From an uncultured Actinomycetota bacterium (GTDB lineage: Bacteria > Actinomycetota > Actinomycetes > Mycobacteriales > SCTD01), in assembly GCA_963844295.1 (NCBI GenBank), contig CAWJNR010000001.1, positions 82,801 to 146,800 of the forward strand: a DNA stretch of 64,000 bases, given 5' to 3'. A program made the translations under genes and the position numbers. The notes below the pieces were generated by a model that did not search any database, had not been told where the DNA came from, and was given only the letters and a program-made list of their open reading frames with translations. Shown here in pieces: positions 59,137-64,000 of this stretch; within the stretch, counting starts at the first letter, position 1; each line of letters begins with the position of its first letter.

Positions 59137-60197
59137 GCAACTCCTTCTACGGGCCGCTCGACCCGGCGCCGGACGCCGGCTGGCGCGACGAGCAGCCCCG
59201 CAAGGGCTTCTTCACCGACACCTCGGTCTGCATCGGCTGCAAGGCCTGCGAGGTGGCGTGCAAGGAGTGGAACGCCGTCCCGGAGGACGGCCTGCTCATG
59301 CTCGGCAGCAGCTACGACAACACCGGCTCGTTGGGCGCCAGCACCTGGCGGCACGTGAAGTTCATCGAGCAGCCGAAGTCCTTCGGGCACCAGGACGTCG
59401 GGATGGCCGGCACCGCAGCCGGTCCCGCGATGACCGACGTCCTGAACCGCACGGCCGACTCGGCGCTGCTCGGCGACCGGAACGCGCTCGGCACCGACCA
59501 CTCCGGGCTCGACCTGCTGGGCCAGCCCGTCGCACCAGCCAGGCCGGCCCCGGTCGAGCTCGGCATGCCGCTGCCCTCGCTGCCCGGTGCAGCCGAGGGC
59601 GCGCAGCGGACCGAGTTCCGCTGGCTGATGGAGTCCGACGTCTGCAAGCACTGCACGCACGCCGCGTGCCTGGACGTGTGCCCGACCGGTGCGCTGTTCC
59701 GCACCGAGTTCGGCACGGTGGTCGTGCAGGACGACATCTGCAACGGCTGCGGCTACTGCGTGCCCGCCTGCCCCTTCGGCGTCATCGACCGCCGAGTCGG
59801 CGAGAAGGGCGTCACGAAGAACGAGGGCATCGCCCAGAAGTGCACGCTCTGCTACGACCGGATCGGCGACGGGCTGCAGCCGGCCTGCGCGCAGGCCTGC
59901 CCGACGCAGTCCATCCAGTACGGCGACGTCGACGAGCTGCGCGAGCGCGCGCAGGCCCGCGTCGACGCGCTGCACGAGCAGGGCGTCCACGACGCGCGGC
60001 TCTACGGCAACGACACCCACGACGGGATCGGCGGTCTCGGCGCCTTCTTCCTGCTGCTCGACGAGCCGGAGGTCTACGGCCTCCCGCCGGACCCGGTCGT
60101 GACGACCCGCGACCTGCCGGAGATGTGGCGCAAGGCCGGCCTCGCCGCGCTGACCATGCTGGCCGGCGCTGCGGTCGTCTTCGGCGGGCGTCGGTGA
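59133..60197 (+). CDS. fdhB: Formate dehydrogenase iron-sulfur subunit (4Fe-4S dicluster protein) with C-terminal TM helix
   Basis: Intact 354 aa. GTG 59133 overlaps the fdhA stop. Cluster motifs are CIGCKACEVACKEWN, CKHCTHAACLDVCP, CNGCGYCVPACP and CTLCYDR..ACAQACP. Confidence 0.9.
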   Translation: MSNSFYGPLDPAPDAGWRDEQPRKGFFTDTSVCIGCKACEVACKEWNAVPEDGLLMLGSSYDNTGSLGASTWRHVKFIEQPKSFGHQDVGMAGTAAGPAMTDVLNRTADSALLGDRNALGTDHSGLDLLGQPVAPARPAPVELGMPLPSLPGAAEGAQRTEFRWLMESDVCKHCTHAACLDVCPTGALFRTEFGTVVVQDDICNGCGYCVPACPFGVIDRRVGEKGVTKNEGIAQKCTLCYDRIGDGLQPACAQACPTQSIQYGDVDELRERAQARVDALHEQGVHDARLYGNDTHDGIGGLGAFFLLLDEPEVYGLPPDPVVTTRDLPEMWRKAGLAALTMLAGAAVVFGGRR

Positions 60198-61228
60198 GCA
60201 AGGGCAAGCGCGGCGACAAGAACGCCGTCGTCCCGCCCGCGGAGTTCACGTCCTACTACGGCCGGCCGATCGTCAAGGCGTCGCCGTGGGAGCACGACAT
60301 CCCGGCCTACCTGTTCATGGGCGGCGTGGCCGCCGGCTCCTCGCTGCTGGCCGCCGGTGCCGACCTCACCGACCGGCCGGCGCTGCGCCGCACCGGACGG
60401 ATCGGCGCGCTCGTCGGCCTGACGCTGAGCATGGCCGCGCTCGTCCGCGACCTCGGCCGTCCCGAGCGCTTCCTCAACATGCTGCGCGTGGTCAAGGTGA
60501 CCTCGCCGATGTCGGTCGGCACCTGGATCCTCACCGTCTACGGACCCTTCGCGGGTCTCGCCGCGACCTCCGAGCTCCGCGGACTGCTGCCGCGGCGGAT
60601 CCGCACCGGTCTGCTGGGCCGGCTGCTCGGCGCCTCCGGCACCCCCGCCGGCCTGGTGGCGGCCGCCGTCGCTCCCGCCGTCGCGTCCTACACAGCGGTG
60701 CTGCTGTCGGACACCGCCACCCCCACCTGGCACGAGGCGCACCGGCAGCTGCCCTTCGTCTTCGTCGGCTCGGCCTGCGCCGCGTCCGGCGGACTCGGCA
60801 TGATCGGCGCCCCGCTCGACCAGGCGGGCCCGGCCCGCCGCCTCGCGGTCGGGGGCGCGCTGCTCGAGCTGGCCGTCGAGCGCCGGATGGAGCAGGCGAT
60901 GGGCATCACCGCCGAGCCGCTGCACTCGGGCCACGCCGGCCAGCTCATGCGCGCCAGCCAGGTCCTCACGATCGCCGGGGCGGCCGGTGCCGCCCTGCTC
61001 GGCGGCCGCAGCCGCGCCGCCGCCGTCGTGTCCGGCGCCGCGCTCATGGCCGGCTCGGCCTGCCTGCGCTTCGGGGTCTTCGACGCGGGCCAGGCCTCGG
61101 CGCGCGACCCCCGCTACACCGTCGTCCCCCAGCGGGAGCGGCTCGAGGCGCGCGTCGCCAGCACGGCCAGAACGACCCCGACGTCCAACGGGCACTCGCC
61201 CGTCGGCACCGCACAGGAGAAGAGGTAG
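60194..61228 (+). CDS. NrfD/PsrC-family polytopic membrane anchor subunit
   Basis: Intact. GTG 60194 overlaps the fdhB stop. It has the NrfD-like N-terminus SYYGRPIVKASPWEHDIPAYLFMGGVAAGSSLLAAGADL and about 8 hydrophobic segments. Confidence 0.8.
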   Translation: MSKGKRGDKNAVVPPAEFTSYYGRPIVKASPWEHDIPAYLFMGGVAAGSSLLAAGADLTDRPALRRTGRIGALVGLTLSMAALVRDLGRPERFLNMLRVVKVTSPMSVGTWILTVYGPFAGLAATSELRGLLPRRIRTGLLGRLLGASGTPAGLVAAAVAPAVASYTAVLLSDTATPTWHEAHRQLPFVFVGSACAASGGLGMIGAPLDQAGPARRLAVGGALLELAVERRMEQAMGITAEPLHSGHAGQLMRASQVLTIAGAAGAALLGGRSRAAAVVSGAALMAGSACLRFGVFDAGQASARDPRYTVVPQRERLEARVASTARTTPTSNGHSPVGTAQEKR

Positions 61229-61230
61229 CC

Positions 61231-62683
61231 ATGTCCGCGCTGTCGTTCCTCGACCGGGAGAGGTCGGTGGCAGGCCCCGGCTACAGCCGGTGGCTCGTGC
61301 CCCCCGCCGCTCTCGCGATCCACCTGTGCATCGGCCAGGTCTACGCGCTCAGCGTCTTCAAGACCCCGCTGGTGGCGAAGTTCGACACCAGCGAGACCGC
61401 GATCGCGATCGTCTTCAGCATCGCCATCGTGATGCTCGGGCTCGCCGCCGCCTTCGGCGGCAAGTGGATGGAGCGCAACGGCCCGCGCAAGGCGATGTTC
61501 CTGTCGGCGGTCTGCTTCTCCTCGGGCCTGCTCATCGGCTCGGTCGGCGTGGCCACCGAGCAGCTGTGGCTGCTCTACTTCGGCTACGGCGTCATCGGCG
61601 GCATCGGCCTCGGCATCGGCTACATCTCGCCGGTGTCGACCCTCATCAAGTGGTTCCCGGACCGCCCGGGCCTGGCCACCGGCATGGCCATCATGGGCTT
61701 CGGCGGCGGCGCGTTCATCGCCTCCGCCCTCTCGGCCCGGCTGCTCGCCGGCTACAGCAACCTGCCGCCGACCGCCGACGGCGTCCCCGCCGTGCCCACG
61801 GACGCCATCGTGCCTGCCTTCATCACCCTCGGCCTGGGCTACCTCGTCTTCATGATGTTCGGCGTGTTCACGGTGCGCGTGCCGCCGACCGGGCTGGAAG
61901 CCCGCGGGCTGGACCCCCAAGGAGGCCAACGCCAACAAGATGATGACCACGGCCAACATCTCGGCCGACAACGCCATCCGCACCCGTGCGTTCTGGTGCC
62001 TGTGGGTGGTGCTCTTCTGCAACGTCACCGCCGGCATCGGCATCCTGGAGCAGGCCTCGCCGATGATCCGGGACTTCTTCCCGGACGGCGTCACGGTCGC
62101 GACGGCGGCCGGGTTCGTCGGCCTGCTCTCGCTGTTCAACATGGCCGGCCGCTTCGTCTGGTCCTCGACCTCCGACGTCATCGGCCGCAAGCCGACCTAC
62201 ATGATCTACCTGGGCGTCGGCGCTGTGCTCTTCTTCTTCCTGGCCACGGCCGGTGACACCTCCGTGCCGGTGTTCGTCATCCTGGCCTGCCTGATCCTGT
62301 CCTTCTACGGCGGCGGGTTCGCGACGATCCCGGCCTACCTCAAGGACATGTTCGGCACCTTCCAGGTCGGCGCGATCCACGGTCGGCTGCTCACCGCCTG
62401 GTCGGCCGCCGGCGTCGCCGGCCCGCTGATCGTCAACGTGATCACCGAGAGCCAGCGCGAGAACGGCCTCGAGGGCGCGGCGGCCTACCGTGCGTCCCTC
62501 CTCGTCATGGTCGGCCTGCTCGCCGTCGGCTTCATCGCCAACCTGCTCGTGCGGCCGGTCGGCGAGAAGTACCACGAGAAGGTCGAGCCGCAGGCGTCGC
62601 CGGACATGGCGACGGCCGGCATCGGCGGTCCCACGTCCAGCACCAGCAGCAGCGCCGGCACCTACCAGGAGGGTTCGCGATGA
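61231..62683 (+). CDS. OFA (oxalate/formate antiporter) family MFS transporter; one frame step at G-run 61891-61893
   Basis: ATG 61231 is 2 nt after the upstream stop. It reads YSRWLVPPAALAIHLCIGQVYALSVFK, ISPVSTLIKWFPDRPGLATGMAIMGFGGGAF, then WKPAGWTPKEANANKMMTTANISADNAIRTRAFW..GRFVWSSTSDVIGRK..FYGGGFATIPAYLKDMFG. Confidence 0.85.
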
Positions 62684-62844
62684 GCGTCCGCACCAGCAGC
62701 ACCACGCAGGACCACGCGTCCGACCACAAGCCCGACGCCAGCATGGCCAGCAAGCTCGCTATCGCCTGGACCGTCGTCGGCGTCCCGCTCGCCTACGGCA
62801 TCTACGAGACCGCGAAGAAGGCCGCCGCCCTCTTCACGGGCTGA
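62680..62844 (+). CDS. 54-aa single-TM peptide coupled to the OFA transporter (putative MFS small subunit)
   Basis: ATG 62680 overlaps the MFS stop (ATGA). Sequence: MSVRTSSTTQDHASDHKPDASMASKLAIAWTVVGVPLAYGIYETAKKAAALFTG. The assignment rests on context and hydrophobic-helix shape only. Confidence 0.5.
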   Translation: MSVRTSSTTQDHASDHKPDASMASKLAIAWTVVGVPLAYGIYETAKKAAALFTG

Positions 62845-62850
62845 CCGGCC

Positions 62851-62895
62851 CCCGGCTGGCTTCCCGCAGCCGGGTCCCCGTCGGGGGCCCGGCTG
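62851..62895. terminator. Three-arm GC-rich stem-loop between convergent genes (candidate bidirectional terminator)
   Basis: CCCGGCTG (62851-62858), CAGCCGGG (62867-62874) and CCCGGCTG (62888-62895). The middle arm can pair with either flank. Confidence 0.3.
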
Positions 62896-62914
62896 CGTGC
62901 AGGCGCACGACGGC

Positions 62915-63280
62915 TCAGGCCGCACCGGCGCCCTGCAGGTGCCGCACCACGGGCTCGAGCTCGGCGGTCGGCGAGATGTCGACGTACTCGCAGTCCGTCA
63001 GCGCCTCGGGTGCGTGCCCGGGCGCCCAGTAGAACGCCTGCCCGGCCTCGTACGTCGTGTCCCCGTCCTTGCCGTGCATCACCAGGCGACCGGAGACCAT
63101 GTAGCCCCAGTGCGGGCACGGGCACAGGTCGTCGGGCAGGCCGACGAGCCCGGGCCGCAGGTCGGCTCCTGCGGGCAACCGCACCCAGGCGATGCTCTGG
63201 TCACCCGCCCGTCCGGTCCGGAACTCGACACCTCCGCCCTCGATCGCCATGGTCAGGTCCGTCCGGTCGATGGCGCGCAT
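62915..63280 (-). CDS. Cupin domain protein
   Basis: Intact 121 aa with a cupin-like core: CPCPHWGYMVSGRLVMHGKDGDTTYEAGQAFYWAPGH. Confidence 0.7.
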   Translation of the reverse strand: MRAIDRTDLTMAIEGGGVEFRTGRAGDQSIAWVRLPAGADLRPGLVGLPDDLCPCPHWGYMVSGRLVMHGKDGDTTYEAGQAFYWAPGHAPEALTDCEYVDISPTAELEPVVRHLQGAGAA

Positions 63281-63373
63281 GCTTCCTCCTGGAGGTGTCG
63301 GTAGGTGCTTCGGGTGGGTCGTGCGGGTGGGTGGGACGAGCAGGCCAGGAGCGTCCTCAGGCTGGCGTGCCTC

Positions 63374-64000
63374 TCAGGGCACGATGTTCTGGTTGAGGCG
63401 GAACAGGTTGTGCGGGTCGTAGCGGCGCTTGACCTCGAGCAGGCGCGCGTAGTTGGCGCCGTAGTTGTCGGCCACCCGGGCCTGGTCGTCCGGGGACGCG
63501 AAGTTGACGTAGCCGCCGGCCTGCGAGTGCGGCGCCACCGCGGCGTAGTAGTCCTTGACCCAGGCGGTGTTGCGGTCGTTGTCGGCCGGGTCGGGCCACA
63601 TGCCCGCGATCACGGGCGCGAACATCGCCTCCCGATGCCCGAACGCCGTGGCGTCGGCCGGCACGTCGTGGCAGGCCCCGTTGATCGGGTAGAGGTGCAC
63701 GGTGGAGTTGACCGTCGGGACCCGGGCGCCGTGCTCGACGTGCGCGAGGATCGCGTCGTCGGTCAGCTCGGTGACGAACGCGGCCTTCCAGTAGTGCTGC
63801 AGCCCCGGCGGCACCAGCGGGTCGAAGGCGCTGTTGAGCGCCGCGTAGGGCATCACCCCCACGTGCTCGGCCACCGGCGCGGCGACGTCGCGGAAGCCCT
63901 GCAGGATGCGCTCGCCCGCGGCGACCGACCCGGTCCAGCAGGAGACCAGTGCGACGAAGGTGTCGCCGACCCGGTCCTCCGGTACGAAGGGCAGCGGCGG
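63374..64000 (-). CDS. FAD-linked oxidase with C-terminal BBE (berberine-bridge) domain; N-terminus outside the window
   Basis: The C-terminal sequence ..YVNFASPDDQARVADNYGANYARLLEVKRRYDPHNLFRLNQNIVP is the BBE-domain signature. Coding-like sequence appears to continue upstream of the first start codon in the track ORF (63874) to the window edge; I did not verify that stretch codon by codon. Confidence 0.8.
   Translation of the reverse strand, partial: PPLPFVPEDRVGDTFVALVSCWTGSVAAGERILQGFRDVAAPVAEHVGVMPYAALNSAFDPLVPPGLQHYWKAAFVTELTDDAILAHVEHGARVPTVNSTVHLYPINGACHDVPADATAFGHREAMFAPVIAGMWPDPADNDRNTAWVKDYYAAVAPHSQAGGYVNFASPDDQARVADNYGANYARLLEVKRRYDPHNLFRLNQNIVP

Overview
This is a 64-kb high-GC (hand estimate 70-75% G+C) Actinomycetota chromosomal segment, mostly core metabolism. 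I recognised no rRNA, tRNA, CRISPR array, transposase or integrase.

Gene order:
- Peptide ABC transporter (DppC/D/F-like), secG, rbpA.
- Minus-strand pentose-phosphate operon tkt-tal-pgi-zwf-opcA-pgl.
- ctaB, an ATP-grasp gene, then ctaA, an MFS gene and an ABC-2 exporter on the minus strand.
- sufR-sufB-sufD-Rieske-sufC-sufS-sufU-sufT.
- GAF-GGDEF protein, YpfJ peptidase, ABC-F ATPase, Fe(III) ABC importer, small HTH protein, acyl-CoA dehydrogenase, ABC exporter.
- Zn-ADH, amidinotransferase with Lrp, acyl-CoA synthetase, FeS-type photolyase, PP2C phosphatase and several small accessory genes.
- DUF222-HNH, MBL hydrolase, GH3, esterase, SDR, a bPH_2 pair, AKR.
- Formate dehydrogenase operon with an OFA-family transporter, then a cupin and a partial BBE oxidase.

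The pgl..sufT block follows the gene order I recall for M. tuberculosis Rv1445c-Rv1466.

Main caveat: about 36 of the ~64 coding regions I call are interrupted by single-base frame changes. The amino-acid sequence on each side of every break still looks perfectly conserved. The breaks are mostly +1 steps, often in G/C runs, and are very unevenly distributed. I read them as consensus or assembly indel errors, not pseudogenes. Those genes are therefore listed as CDS, marked 'frameshifted as assembled', with approximate internal junctions.

I found no convincing novel multi-gene system. The best leads are:
1. An in-frame UGA plus a SECIS-like hairpin that merges two track ORFs into one selenocysteine FdhA, inside a five-gene formate module.
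2. A 25/26-bp tandem repeat that reiterates the stop-codon end of the Zn-ADH gene.
3. Two copies of a ~60-nt palindromic element between convergent genes.
4. The non-random distribution of frame errors.
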